From a virus (taxonomy: Duplodnaviria > Caudoviricetes), in IMG/VR virus record IMGVR_UViG_3300005573_000088, positions 5,237 to 69,236 of that record: a stretch of 64,000 nucleotides of DNA; one strand, 5' to 3'. Of the stretch, positions 8,088-19,089 are shown piece by piece. Position 1 is the stretch's first letter. Each line of letters opens with the position of its first letter. Below the pieces are notes generated by a model. The model ran no database searches and was not told the DNA's origin. It saw only the letters and a list, made by a program, of their open reading frames with translations. The position numbers were made by a program, and so were the translations under genes.

Positions 8088-11000
8088 ATGGCTGAATCGA
8101 CTGATAGAATACTATTCCAGTTGGTATTTGGGACATCAAATACAGCAGCTGTCGTGGGTGATATAAGGAAGGTTGAATCTGCAGTTGCAAGTGCTGTAAG
8201 AACAACAAAATTGAGTTCAAAAGAGATAGGGGAACATTCGTCAAAAATGGAGGCTGCTAGGATTGCTTATACAAAAAATGCAGAGCTTATAAAAAGTATA
8301 TCTGAGGACCAGGAAAAAAGCATAGATCAGAAAAAACGTGATATAGCAGCTATAAATACACAGAACTCAGTCTTGCTTGCCGCATATAGGCAAAGCGATA
8401 GTATATTACGTGGTAAAACAATGACTGGTCAGGAATACAGGCGACAGCTTAAGCTAATAGAAAAACAAGAAGAACTCACTGGAAAAGCTATGCCTACCGA
8501 TAAGATAAACTTATTAAATCGACATGTAGCATCAGGTGGTCGTGTTACAGCTAAAATGCGTGAAGAAATGGCACAATGGAACAAAGAAGCTGAAAAGATG
8601 AATTCTAATACTGAAACAAATATTTTGACAGCTGCTAAATGGGCATTTATGTGGTTTATCTTGTATAGAGCTTTGAGACTTGTTATAGATCAATTTAATG
8701 GAGTGTTTTCGACTACAATTGAACTTAATAAATCTATGACTGAACTTGCCGCTATTGCTGATAAAAACAGAGAAGAAATAGACAGTTTGCTTCCGTCATA
8801 TGCTAAGCTAGCAAGTACGTTTGGTATATCAATCGAAAAAGTTCTTGAAGGAACAAAAGATTGGGCAAGACAAGGGTTAGATATACAGCAGTCGCAGGAA
8901 GCGTTGACAGCAACGCTCCTATTGGCAAATGTTGCTATGGTTGATGTTTCAACTGCTGCAAAATACCTTACTGCTGTGTATTATGAGTATGGATTAACGA
9001 CAAAACAACTTGTTAATATCACAGACAAATGGGTTAAACTTGATATGTTGAACGCAACAACTGTTCAAAATTTGGCAGAGGCATATCAGGTAACTGGGTC
9101 TGCTGCATATGAATTTGGGGTTACTATTGATGAGTTAAATGCTCTTGTGACAGCAGCAACATCTATAACTCAAAGATCTGGAAGCGAAATTGGCAGATCA
9201 TTAAGAACCATATTTACAAGATTGTATCGTCCAGAGACAATAGACGATTTATATAACATCGGAAGAGTTTCTGCTATAGCTCTTGGTGGAATGAAGCCAC
9301 TATACCAGATACTAAAAGAACTTGCTGATAGATGGAACGATCTTACAGAGGCGCAGAAGGCACAAATATCATATAGTCTTGCAGGAGTAAGGCAGTCTTC
9401 TCATCTTTTGGCATTGATGGCACATTGGAATCTTGTTGAGAAGTCATTGAAAGAAAGTTTAACTGCAAGAGGAGAAGCATTACTGAGAAATACGATTATT
9501 ATGCAGTCATATAGTAAACAAATTGCAGAAGTAGGCCCGAAGTTAGAAAGACTTAGAGTTGCTCTCGGAAACATTGTAATGCCAATAGTTACACAAGGCA
9601 TTAAAACAGTAGGAAATATTTTAGATGCATTATCATCAAAATTTGAAAATACTGGAAATGCTGCTGACAAATATTACAAAAAAGTGCTTATATTGGCATT
9701 TGGCAGTGAAGATTATGCGAAGCAATTTAAAAACGTTGCAGAAATAGTTGGTTTCCTTGAGAATGTTGAGAAGATACCTGGCAGTGAAAAAAAGCTCCTA
9801 TCTATTTATAAAAGTCTTCAAGCGCAAGGATTGGTTCAAAATCTTACAGAAGAGCAAATGAAGAATATAGAGAAATTAGGAAAAGCTATTATCGAAGGTG
9901 CTAAAGCAATTGAGAAAAAAACAGAGGCTGACTTAAAAGCAGCAGCGATTAATATATTGCAGATACGAGAAATGCAGGAAGCATATGATGTCTGGCAGAA
10001 GATGTCCTTGGCAATAAAGACTGCAGAGATTAATATTAAAGCAATAGAGGATACATTATCAGATGAAATATTTAGCATTGATAAATTAAATTCGGAGCAA
10101 GAAACCCATATATCTCTTTTAAAAGGTGGAATTGCGGCTCTTGCAGGATATTCACTAGAGATACAGAAAGCATATTCTTATGAGTCTGCGCACAAAACTG
10201 CACTTGAAGGTATCCTAGAAGAGTACAAAAGTATAACAGAGGCTCTCCCTGAATTAAGGAATCAGTTAATTTATCAGATTACACATATTTATGATGAAAA
10301 AACTGGAGTTGATAAATTAAGGGAAGGATACATAAAGCATAAAGGTGAGATCGATGCTCTTATAGAGAAATATAAATTGACTGGCAATGTCGAAAAAGAT
10401 ATTATAGGAATAAGGCTCTTGCTTGCAAAAGCAACAAGTACATTTGGGGATAGTCAAGAGTTTGCTACAGAAAAAATAACTGAAAATCTTGATAAAATTG
10501 GCGAAAATAAAAAGAAACAACAGGATCTTACAAAATCTATATTGGAGGATTCACAGAAACAAATAGATGCTATAAAAAAGATAAGAGAACAATATAACGA
10601 TTGGGCTGAATCTGTAAAAGGTCCATTTATGGATGCATTTAAGAGTATGCTTCAGGTATATGAATTGACAGAAAAAGGTACCAGAAAAACCGAAGATGCT
10701 ATAAAGATCCTTACTCGTGAGATTATAGAAATGGCAGAGGAAGCTCTTATAAATAGTTTACTTGTTTCTATAAATAAATTAACTGGAGTATTTTCATTAT
10801 TAGGTATTGGGTTAGAAGCGATGAAAGATCCAGCTAGTTACTACACAGCGATGGTTCAAGCTGGCACTACTATTGAAAAGTTATGGATTACAGCATTTCA
10901 AACTGGCGCAACTGAAGTGGAAAATGGAATAATTGATGGATTTAGAATAGCAAACGTGGGTATAACACCAACTTCGACTTCAGTAACGTCATCTTCATTA

Positions 11001-12218
11001 ACAGCTACAAAAGAGGGAATAACAAAGTCTGTTGAACAAGCTGGTTCCCAGTTTCTTGATGCATATGCCAGGGCAGTGGCTGACGCTGTAAACAAGAAAA
11101 TTCTTGGGCTATCAGTTGAAGAAGAAGGTGAAGGATGGACGGGTATAGACACTATTACTGATAGAATTGATGCAATGAACAGAAGACAGGAAAGAGTCAT
11201 TGAGAAATTGACAAGTGTTACGACATGGGGAGCGCTTGGATTGGTAATTGGGGCTGCTATATGGAAATCAACTGAAGGCGGGATTTTTGGGGCGTTATCA
11301 GGTGTAGTATTAAACGTTGCGGTAGAAGAATTTGGAGATAAGGCAGTAGAATTACTTAGTGATATTTGGGAAGATATTGGATATAAACTTGAAGATATTG
11401 GAGAATATGCAAAACCATCAGCAATTGGGGCGGCAATAGGCGCAGCACTTGGTTCATTGCAAGGTAAAGCGGGTATCGGAATGCTATTAGGCGGTGCAGT
11501 AGGAGCTGGAGTTCACGCTATATGGCCTGAAGAAGGTGCATTCACTGGGTTTATAGGAAAAGTTGTTGACAGAGTTGGTAAAATATGGACTGGTGTTAAT
11601 AAGGAACTAGCAAAACCATTTTGGCAAATGGTTATTTCTTTAGGACTAATGCAAAGACAACAACAGCTTTCTAGTGAGGAAATGCAAAAAATAGAAGATG
11701 CAAGAGCAAAAGGTGAAAAAGAAGTTAACATAACACAAGCAAAAACATTTTCCTATATAGGCACAATGCTAGGTTCAACATTAGGTCCCGTTGGAACTAT
11801 CTTAGGTGCATTTTTGGGAGAGGCATATGGAAGAACTCAAAAACAAATAATTCAGTTAGATCAGATAGATGAAGATACAAAATCAGTTACCAAGGCTATA
11901 AATGCTGCATCTGAAATATCACAAAGGCAGCTGGAAGTTGTAAATCGCAATCTTGCAGCATTAAGAGAGCTCCCTCCACCATATCCATTAAGAGAACAGT
12001 ATTACTTTAGGCCATATGAATTTGGCGAAGGACCATTTTACAAGAGTGCTGGAATGAATTGGGGCAGTGGTAAACAATATGCAAATCCTATCGGTGGAAA
12101 CAATGTTACAGTGGGGAGTATAGTAATAAACGTTCCATCTGGAAATCCACAAGATATTATAAATGCAATAGAAGATACATTTGCTTTAAAGAGTATTTCT
12201 TTGTATCAAGGAGGGTAA
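8088..12218 (+). CDS. Tape measure protein (TP901-like core)
   Basis: 1376 aa, helical; GSEIGRSLRTIFTRL core motif; Gly/Ala-rich hydrophobic C-terminal repeats. Confidence 0.92.
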   Translation: MAESTDRILFQLVFGTSNTAAVVGDIRKVESAVASAVRTTKLSSKEIGEHSSKMEAARIAYTKNAELIKSISEDQEKSIDQKKRDIAAINTQNSVLLAAYRQSDSILRGKTMTGQEYRRQLKLIEKQEELTGKAMPTDKINLLNRHVASGGRVTAKMREEMAQWNKEAEKMNSNTETNILTAAKWAFMWFILYRALRLVIDQFNGVFSTTIELNKSMTELAAIADKNREEIDSLLPSYAKLASTFGISIEKVLEGTKDWARQGLDIQQSQEALTATLLLANVAMVDVSTAAKYLTAVYYEYGLTTKQLVNITDKWVKLDMLNATTVQNLAEAYQVTGSAAYEFGVTIDELNALVTAATSITQRSGSEIGRSLRTIFTRLYRPETIDDLYNIGRVSAIALGGMKPLYQILKELADRWNDLTEAQKAQISYSLAGVRQSSHLLALMAHWNLVEKSLKESLTARGEALLRNTIIMQSYSKQIAEVGPKLERLRVALGNIVMPIVTQGIKTVGNILDALSSKFENTGNAADKYYKKVLILAFGSEDYAKQFKNVAEIVGFLENVEKIPGSEKKLLSIYKSLQAQGLVQNLTEEQMKNIEKLGKAIIEGAKAIEKKTEADLKAAAINILQIREMQEAYDVWQKMSLAIKTAEINIKAIEDTLSDEIFSIDKLNSEQETHISLLKGGIAALAGYSLEIQKAYSYESAHKTALEGILEEYKSITEALPELRNQLIYQITHIYDEKTGVDKLREGYIKHKGEIDALIEKYKLTGNVEKDIIGIRLLLAKATSTFGDSQEFATEKITENLDKIGENKKKQQDLTKSILEDSQKQIDAIKKIREQYNDWAESVKGPFMDAFKSMLQVYELTEKGTRKTEDAIKILTREIIEMAEEALINSLLVSINKLTGVFSLLGIGLEAMKDPASYYTAMVQAGTTIEKLWITAFQTGATEVENGIIDGFRIANVGITPTSTSVTSSSLTATKEGITKSVEQAGSQFLDAYARAVADAVNKKILGLSVEEEGEGWTGIDTITDRIDAMNRRQERVIEKLTSVTTWGALGLVIGAAIWKSTEGGIFGALSGVVLNVAVEEFGDKAVELLSDIWEDIGYKLEDIGEYAKPSAIGAAIGAALGSLQGKAGIGMLLGGAVGAGVHAIWPEEGAFTGFIGKVVDRVGKIWTGVNKELAKPFWQMVISLGLMQRQQQLSSEEMQKIEDARAKGEKEVNITQAKTFSYIGTMLGSTLGPVGTILGAFLGEAYGRTQKQIIQLDQIDEDTKSVTKAINAASEISQRQLEVVNRNLAALRELPPPYPLREQYYFRPYEFGEGPFYKSAGMNWGSGKQYANPIGGNNVTVGSIVINVPSGNPQDIINAIEDTFALKSISLYQGG

Positions 12219-12219
12219 T

Positions 12220-12609
12220 TTGGCTATATATAGTTGGACTCTTCAAGTGTATGATGGATCCAGTTTTATTGAAACGTATAAAATCCCTAATCCTGGAAAT
12301 AGAGGTGTTACTGTAGGAGCTACATCAAATCAAAAAGTTATACAATTATGGGATGGCTCAAGAGTATTTGTAAGTCCTCAAACTAAAAGTTCAAATGATG
12401 TATTTGACTTTGAAATAACAGAGGCGTCGTCTACACAGGCATTATATTTAAAACTTAAAGATTATGTTAGCAATCAGCGTAGGATAGTAATGACTACACA
12501 TACTGGCGAAAAATTTACTGGATATTTTACTTCCGTAAAGAAATCGTATACATTGAGTGGAAAGGATCAGAAATATACTATTACAATAAGTTTTACACCT
12601 GAGGATTGA
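12220..12609 (+). CDS. Putative distal tail protein
   Basis: 129 aa immediately after TMP (TTG start, GGAGG SD). Confidence 0.5.
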   Translation: MAIYSWTLQVYDGSSFIETYKIPNPGNRGVTVGATSNQKVIQLWDGSRVFVSPQTKSSNDVFDFEITEASSTQALYLKLKDYVSNQRRIVMTTHTGEKFTGYFTSVKKSYTLSGKDQKYTITISFTPED

Positions 12610-12610
12610 A

Positions 12611-15600
12611 ATGCCAAAAAGACTTTCAGCTTCTGGCGAAGCTGCATTAAATAGTAAAAATGTGACAACATGTTGTCAATTAAAGTTGAATGGTAGTAAT
12701 CTTGGCGATGTAGTTGAATATTCATACAATTTTGACAAACATTTTGGAGCATCTAGTCTGGAGATAACACTGAATAACCAAGATGGCAAATACGGAGTTA
12801 ATGGAACAAATGAGATAAAATTAGGAGATGTTATAACTTTAAAAGAAGGACTAGTGAATACTGATGGAATTATAGAATCATTTGATAAATTTTATGGCAT
12901 AGTTAGGCATTTGTCACCACAATCTGATGCTAATGGAAGCTATTTAAAGATTACAGCATTAGATAAAATTTGTAAACTGGATGATTTAGAAATAGATAAA
13001 CTGATAACTTCTTCTGATGTTGCTATTAGATATATGCCAGATTACACCGAGGGTGGTGTATTACTTATGGAATCATTTGTTTCGTCTAAGCTTTCTGAAG
13101 GAGCGGCATATGGTGCAACTACATTATATCTTGAGTCTGTTGATGGATTTGAAGCTGATGTTAATGAAAATTCATTAAGTTGGATATATATTGGTTCAGT
13201 TACCGAATCGCATAAATATGAACTAGTGTCTATAAATAGTGCTTTAAAAACAATAACAATTGAGCCAGGAATCCAGGAAGTTTCTGGTGTGTCTGCTGGG
13301 ACGTATGTAAGACAAAGGTGTAGTGATACAGCAAGTAAGAAAGGGTATGCTTTTTATTATGATTTTGGGTACTGGGATTATGAGCAATCTGATTTTCCTA
13401 TGGCATGGTTTGCATCTGGTTCACCTACAACAATATATTTTCATCCAGTTCAAAACATAAGTCCTGTTGATGTACCTAGAATTATAGTTAAATACAAAGA
13501 TACAATTACAGAGATAAAAGATCCACTATGGAATGGATATGAAGTAAATTATGCCACTGGACAAGTAGTTCTAGGAACACCATTAGAGGTTAATAATTGG
13601 GAATTATGGGCTAATTTTAACTACTACCCAGTAGAAACAATTCAATATGCTGAAGATATAATAGAAACTCTATTAACAGAACCAGATGGGTATGGCAATA
13701 CAGTATTTACGAGTTCAGATTATACTACGGATCTTGATACTGAAGATGGGACTTCAACTGATGCTTTAACTTATAACAGATCACCAGTTATAATCAATGA
13801 CACAACATATTCAATTGGACAAGTATGGTATCATAAGTATTCTAACATAATAACATCATTAGTTTCTGATGATTATACAATTCCAACTGGAAATTCTATA
13901 TCGTCTATAAATTTAAGGTATGGACGAGTTATATTGGAATCACCTGTGTCAAATCCTACTGATGGAGATGTAACGTGCAATACTAATTATAGTTTTAAGA
14001 CAATTCAGGCAACTGGTGTAAAAATTCCATTTATAGACTTTAGACAAGATAAAGTTAAAAATAGAATGGAAGCTTTTAATGATCTAAAGAAACAACTTGC
14101 ACCTAACTATATTATTAGATCATCTGGTGATGGTAAGATTTGGGGGCTACACTTAAGGCAAAAAGTATCTCACGATTTAGACATTAAATTAATTCAGAGT
14201 TTATCTTACGAGTCAGATACAGAAATATATACAAGAGTCAAACTATTTGGTGAAAATGCGACTCCTAAAAATGTATTAATTGACGCTGATTATACCAGTG
14301 ATGGAACATATACTACATTTGCATCTAATGTGCCACTTGTATGGACTGGTGAGAGAGAAAGTATGTATGAAGGATGGCTTGAATTCACTGTTCCTGATAG
14401 TCTTGTAGATGAATCAGAAATGGGGCTGATTTTGAGTAAGCCCAAACCACCTGTTGTTTGGATAAATGGATTAAGAAACTCAACTACAGCCATAGATAAT
14501 GTTCCATTTGAATCGTGGGGATATTATCAGGATGAAAGTACATACAAGGGCTTTGTTTTCAACCTTGCTATAGATTTTAATTCCCCTATTATATTTTATA
14601 GAAATGGGGAACCATATGGATTTGAAGTGGATGGGACTTTGTATGATGGAATTAACGATAAAGTAACCGTTAACATGTTGAGTTTAGAGTGGGATAGCGA
14701 GAATTTTGTCTACAAATGGAACCCTATGTCTGATGCTCATATAACTAATAAAAATTACTGGTCTAGTGATATAATAAGCCAGATATCGTCTATAACATTT
14801 AACCTGGCATATAACAATGCATGGAAATATGCACCAACAGATTCGCTTCCAAATAGATTCTTGATAAATCCTCAGTATCTGATTTTAACAGAAGAAAGTC
14901 AAGGTTTAGTTGATAGGTCAAAAAAGGGATGTTTAGTTAATTCATCAAATTATGGTCTTGTAGGTCCAGGAACTGTTGAATTTAAATCGTCTACTAGTTC
15001 AACTCCATATGCACTTTGTGATGGTAAGGACTATTTCTATACTTGTATAACTGGTAAAAATTTTGGTTCTATAAAAGATGTAAATTCCCAATATGTATAC
15101 TTAACAATTGATTTAGAAGGATTTTCCCTTGTGCGAAATATTGAGATGTGGTATGGATATATTCCTGATTGTACAATAGGAAGCATAAGTGACTTTTATT
15201 GGTATTGGTGGAGCGAGTCGCAAAATGCATGGCGATTATTAATGACTGATGCCAAAGTTGGTGTTACAGCACAAGTTGTTTCTGATCCTGGCGAAGGAAA
15301 TGGGCCTGTATTTGATGGTTACACATATAAAAAGTATAGATGGACTTGTAGGTGGACATACACTGACAAGTTACAATTAAGGATAAGTAACTCATCTGAT
15401 GGTAAACTAGGTCGAAGTCCATCTGTCAGATATTATTTGCCAGAAGTATATGTCAATTGCTGTAAAGAGACATTCAATGTAACTGCTGACTTCTGGTATA
15501 GAAAAGCATTTTCCATTCCAAGTCCAGACAATATAAGAAAACTACACGATGGCTTATGGTCTACGCAATTTCAGTCAATTTATCTATTTGAGCCTACTGA

Positions 15601-16576
15601 TGGGCATAGACTTATAACATTTGATATAAAACAAGTTTATGAAAATGGACAACTGGTTTATCCTAAAATTGAAGCAATAGATATAGTTGGTGGATGGTAT
15701 ATGCCTAACCAAAATGATCCAACGCGTAAATATGATATTAGTAACAAATATAGTATCGAGTATTGGGATGGTTCTGACTGGTATCCAGTAGCAAAAGATG
15801 CATCGCAATTTAGTCTTGGGAGCGGTGAAACTCGTAGTTTTGAACGAGATGATCTTGGAAATGAATTTAGACCTCAGAAACTATCAATCGTTTTGAACCA
15901 AGTTGGCAAAATTGAAGGGTTTGGTGCAACTAAATACGTAGTTTCTTTAATTGAGTTCAGTGCATGGCAAAATATTACTCTAACAGCAGAATCAAAACTT
16001 ATAAGAACAACAAAACTTTCACAGGCTACAACAAATGGTGCAACCACAGTTTATGTTGAAAGCACGGATGGTTTTCCTAGTTCAGGAACTGCGTATATTT
16101 CTGCTGATGGATATGATATTAACAAGTTTACTTATACAAGTAAAACATCTTCATCGTTTAATGGGTGTTCCAATGTATTGGCGAGACCAGCAAACTCGTA
16201 TGTTTCTATTTCGCCAGCATCAAGTTCCTTGGATTTAACTAACTACTATAATATTTACGATCCAGATTTACTTTTAGATAGATACGGTGATAGATTATAT
16301 AAAGACACAGATGTAAATAAATATTTAAATACACAAACTAAGTTGAATTCAATGGCACGACTTATGCTCAAAGAGTTAACGAAAAATGTTACAAGTGTTT
16401 CTGCTCCTGTTGTATGCAGACCAGATGTTTATCTTGGTGACACTGTGAGAGTATACGACCCTATAAATACATCTGGAAATCAAAACTATTTTGTTGAGAG
16501 TATATCTTCTAGGAATGGTAGTTTGAATCTTAGACTGGCTAAATATTGGTCTATTGATCAAGAGGTAGAAATATGA
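12611..16576 (+). CDS. Baseplate hub/Tal-like tail protein with carbohydrate-binding-like inserts
   Basis: 1321 aa; hub-like N- and C-termini (VVCRPDVYLGDTVRV); two copies of a KLS..A..GATT.Y.ES.DGF module; two discoidin-like segments (LCDG...YLTIDL; LHDG...LITFDI...IEYWDGSDW). Confidence 0.65.
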   Translation: MPKRLSASGEAALNSKNVTTCCQLKLNGSNLGDVVEYSYNFDKHFGASSLEITLNNQDGKYGVNGTNEIKLGDVITLKEGLVNTDGIIESFDKFYGIVRHLSPQSDANGSYLKITALDKICKLDDLEIDKLITSSDVAIRYMPDYTEGGVLLMESFVSSKLSEGAAYGATTLYLESVDGFEADVNENSLSWIYIGSVTESHKYELVSINSALKTITIEPGIQEVSGVSAGTYVRQRCSDTASKKGYAFYYDFGYWDYEQSDFPMAWFASGSPTTIYFHPVQNISPVDVPRIIVKYKDTITEIKDPLWNGYEVNYATGQVVLGTPLEVNNWELWANFNYYPVETIQYAEDIIETLLTEPDGYGNTVFTSSDYTTDLDTEDGTSTDALTYNRSPVIINDTTYSIGQVWYHKYSNIITSLVSDDYTIPTGNSISSINLRYGRVILESPVSNPTDGDVTCNTNYSFKTIQATGVKIPFIDFRQDKVKNRMEAFNDLKKQLAPNYIIRSSGDGKIWGLHLRQKVSHDLDIKLIQSLSYESDTEIYTRVKLFGENATPKNVLIDADYTSDGTYTTFASNVPLVWTGERESMYEGWLEFTVPDSLVDESEMGLILSKPKPPVVWINGLRNSTTAIDNVPFESWGYYQDESTYKGFVFNLAIDFNSPIIFYRNGEPYGFEVDGTLYDGINDKVTVNMLSLEWDSENFVYKWNPMSDAHITNKNYWSSDIISQISSITFNLAYNNAWKYAPTDSLPNRFLINPQYLILTEESQGLVDRSKKGCLVNSSNYGLVGPGTVEFKSSTSSTPYALCDGKDYFYTCITGKNFGSIKDVNSQYVYLTIDLEGFSLVRNIEMWYGYIPDCTIGSISDFYWYWWSESQNAWRLLMTDAKVGVTAQVVSDPGEGNGPVFDGYTYKKYRWTCRWTYTDKLQLRISNSSDGKLGRSPSVRYYLPEVYVNCCKETFNVTADFWYRKAFSIPSPDNIRKLHDGLWSTQFQSIYLFEPTDGHRLITFDIKQVYENGQLVYPKIEAIDIVGGWYMPNQNDPTRKYDISNKYSIEYWDGSDWYPVAKDASQFSLGSGETRSFERDDLGNEFRPQKLSIVLNQVGKIEGFGATKYVVSLIEFSAWQNITLTAESKLIRTTKLSQATTNGATTVYVESTDGFPSSGTAYISADGYDINKFTYTSKTSSSFNGCSNVLARPANSYVSISPASSSLDLTNYYNIYDPDLLLDRYGDRLYKDTDVNKYLNTQTKLNSMARLMLKELTKNVTSVSAPVVCRPDVYLGDTVRVYDPINTSGNQNYFVESISSRNGSLNLRLAKYWSIDQEVEI

Positions 16577-19080
16577 GAACAGGTCGTGATTTCTTTACGC
16601 AGTTAAGAAATGAGATTCAGAAATTGGTTAAATCTAAGGTTCCAACTGGATCTGCCACTATGGGTATAACAGTATCTACTAGTAGTAGTGGCGATGTTAA
16701 TGCACTGCTTTCTTCTATTGACAACATAAGTATCACAGTCAATGCTATACTTGAATCTATAGGTAAAACTGGTATCCATATAATTGAAGGTGGAAATGTT
16801 TATGCTAATAGCCCAGCTGATGGCTGGGTAAATGTAGAACCAACTAGAGCAATTTGCGTCAGCACTGGTTTAGTATATTCGCTCACACTTCCAGCGAAAC
16901 TAAACGTGATAGGAAACACTTCTATTACAAAGCCTGGAACTGCATATATTTTATTAGACAGAAGCGGGAATGCATATGTTAGTAATTCAGATATTTCTAC
17001 TAGTGTAATGCTTGCAAAGATTATAATTCCTAAAGAAACAACATCAATTATAAGAGATGATAGTGAAAATGAAAATGATGCATACATAATTGTTAAGAAA
17101 AACCAGTTTTTTAAAGATGATTTTAAGATAGATGATGAATCTGTAATGGAATTAAGAACCATTATGGATAAATTGCTTGCTGATAATCTTATTGGTGAAA
17201 TAAGGCTTTCTAGTGGTTTAACTATTACAAATACAGATGGCTCTCTTAGTTTAGATTCAACATCAATGCTTCTAAAATACCAAAATGGAAACACAGGAAT
17301 GAAACTTGATAAAGAAGGTATAAGATTTTACGATTCGCAAGGAAGACTTATTGCTTACTTTACAATAAATGATGCTAAAGTAGGGGCATTAAGAGTTACA
17401 CCAAATGGCATAGAATCAACAAATTTCTCATCGGGAAATTCAGGATTTCAAATAAAGGCAAATGGTGATGCTGAGTTCTACAATGGCACATTTAGAGGAA
17501 CAATTACGGCGATATCAGGATATATAGGTGGGAACACTATAGATTCAGATAGTATAGAAAGTGCAAACTGGCCTACAACTGGATTTAAATTAAATTCCAG
17601 TGGTCTAATACAGGAAAGAGATTCAACTGGGAACGAACTACGGATTCGTCCTTCTGGATTGTTTTCATATAACAAGAATTTTACATTGACACATTTACCT
17701 GGAACTTGCGATTTTATTGACTATTTAAAACTATACAATGGAACTTCCACTTCTGAGTATCTGATAGATGGAGCATGCTATATATGGGGCAATGTAAGTG
17801 GAGTAGTAATTAAAAAATTTGAATATGCAACAGATCCTACGTTTCCTGATACAGTTATTGCTGAATATAAGTTAAACTCCGAAACTGGTGTTTATTATGA
17901 AACCAAAACTTTTGAGTTTAGTGAAATGGCGGGAGCATTAGTCAAGCCTGAAGGTCTTACTGATGGGCAATATGTTCAAAATCTTACAGCAAGCCAGATA
18001 ACAGTTGGGAAATTAAGGGATTTTTCAGGAGAATCTTATTTTGATCTTGCAAATGGTAAATTAAATATAAAGTCTAATGATACAAATCCCAATAGAAAAA
18101 TAGCAGTTGGAAACACAGATTCAGATCAGTGCATGTATTATGATTTAAGCACTGGTAGACTTACAGTGAGACACAATGATTATGTTAGAAATTTACTTGA
18201 TTTTTCATCATTTGAAGAGGCTGTTGACGATCTTCCTGATTCTGGTGGTTATATATTTGTTCCACAGGGGACACATTCTGTAACATCAACTGTTATTATT
18301 TCAAAACCTAATGTTCATATATTCGGAAATGGACCTAGTAGTATAATTGAAGGGAATATTTACGACGATGAAATTATAGAAGCTTTAAATACTGAAAATT
18401 TTACTATAAGAGACTTAACAATTAGAAATACTAGTACGTATCCTAGATGTATTAGATTTAATATGTCAGAAAATTGTATTGCTTCAAGATTATTTTTACG
18501 ATGTCCCAATGTAGATATTGGTTCACTTTATTATATTTTTAATATTGATGGATGCACAAATGTAACTTCTTTTGAGTGTTATGTTGACTCTGCTGGTGTT
18601 ATAAGCGCAAATGTTTATAACGACATAGGAACTAAGTTATACATTGATAAAAATAACATAGTAAGTGGTGCAATAGCAATTGAATATTCTAATTCAAAAA
18701 TAATAAATAACTACATTTATGTTCCAGATGTATATGGATGGAACTGTGGAATATCAGCACGAGGAGATTCAATACTAGTTCATGGAAATACGTTGATATG
18801 CGAGAATAATAATGTAGATTATGGTATAAATTCAGACAGTGGGGATAGAGTTATAATAACTAACAATCATGTTTACCAGTTTGAAACTGGAATCCAAGTA
18901 TCATCAAGATATGGTATAATAGGGAACAATTCTATTGAAAAGAGTGGCGCTGGTATAACTTTGTTAAGTGGTTCATGTAACTTTACTGTTATTGGAAACG
19001 TTATACATTTATGTCCAACAGGCATTACTAATTTAGGTTCAAATAATGAAATAGCTCATAATATAAATGTAAATTCATGA
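16573..19080 (+). CDS. Tail fibre/spike with C-terminal right-handed beta-helix
   Basis: GGYIFVPQGTH...ISKPNVHIFGNG and repeated I.NN.I / I.GN.I beta-helix motifs. Confidence 0.7.
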   Translation: MRTGRDFFTQLRNEIQKLVKSKVPTGSATMGITVSTSSSGDVNALLSSIDNISITVNAILESIGKTGIHIIEGGNVYANSPADGWVNVEPTRAICVSTGLVYSLTLPAKLNVIGNTSITKPGTAYILLDRSGNAYVSNSDISTSVMLAKIIIPKETTSIIRDDSENENDAYIIVKKNQFFKDDFKIDDESVMELRTIMDKLLADNLIGEIRLSSGLTITNTDGSLSLDSTSMLLKYQNGNTGMKLDKEGIRFYDSQGRLIAYFTINDAKVGALRVTPNGIESTNFSSGNSGFQIKANGDAEFYNGTFRGTITAISGYIGGNTIDSDSIESANWPTTGFKLNSSGLIQERDSTGNELRIRPSGLFSYNKNFTLTHLPGTCDFIDYLKLYNGTSTSEYLIDGACYIWGNVSGVVIKKFEYATDPTFPDTVIAEYKLNSETGVYYETKTFEFSEMAGALVKPEGLTDGQYVQNLTASQITVGKLRDFSGESYFDLANGKLNIKSNDTNPNRKIAVGNTDSDQCMYYDLSTGRLTVRHNDYVRNLLDFSSFEEAVDDLPDSGGYIFVPQGTHSVTSTVIISKPNVHIFGNGPSSIIEGNIYDDEIIEALNTENFTIRDLTIRNTSTYPRCIRFNMSENCIASRLFLRCPNVDIGSLYYIFNIDGCTNVTSFECYVDSAGVISANVYNDIGTKLYIDKNNIVSGAIAIEYSNSKIINNYIYVPDVYGWNCGISARGDSILVHGNTLICENNNVDYGINSDSGDRVIITNNHVYQFETGIQVSSRYGIIGNNSIEKSGAGITLLSGSCNFTVIGNVIHLCPTGITNLGSNNEIAHNINVNS

Positions 19081-19089
19081 GGTAATTAT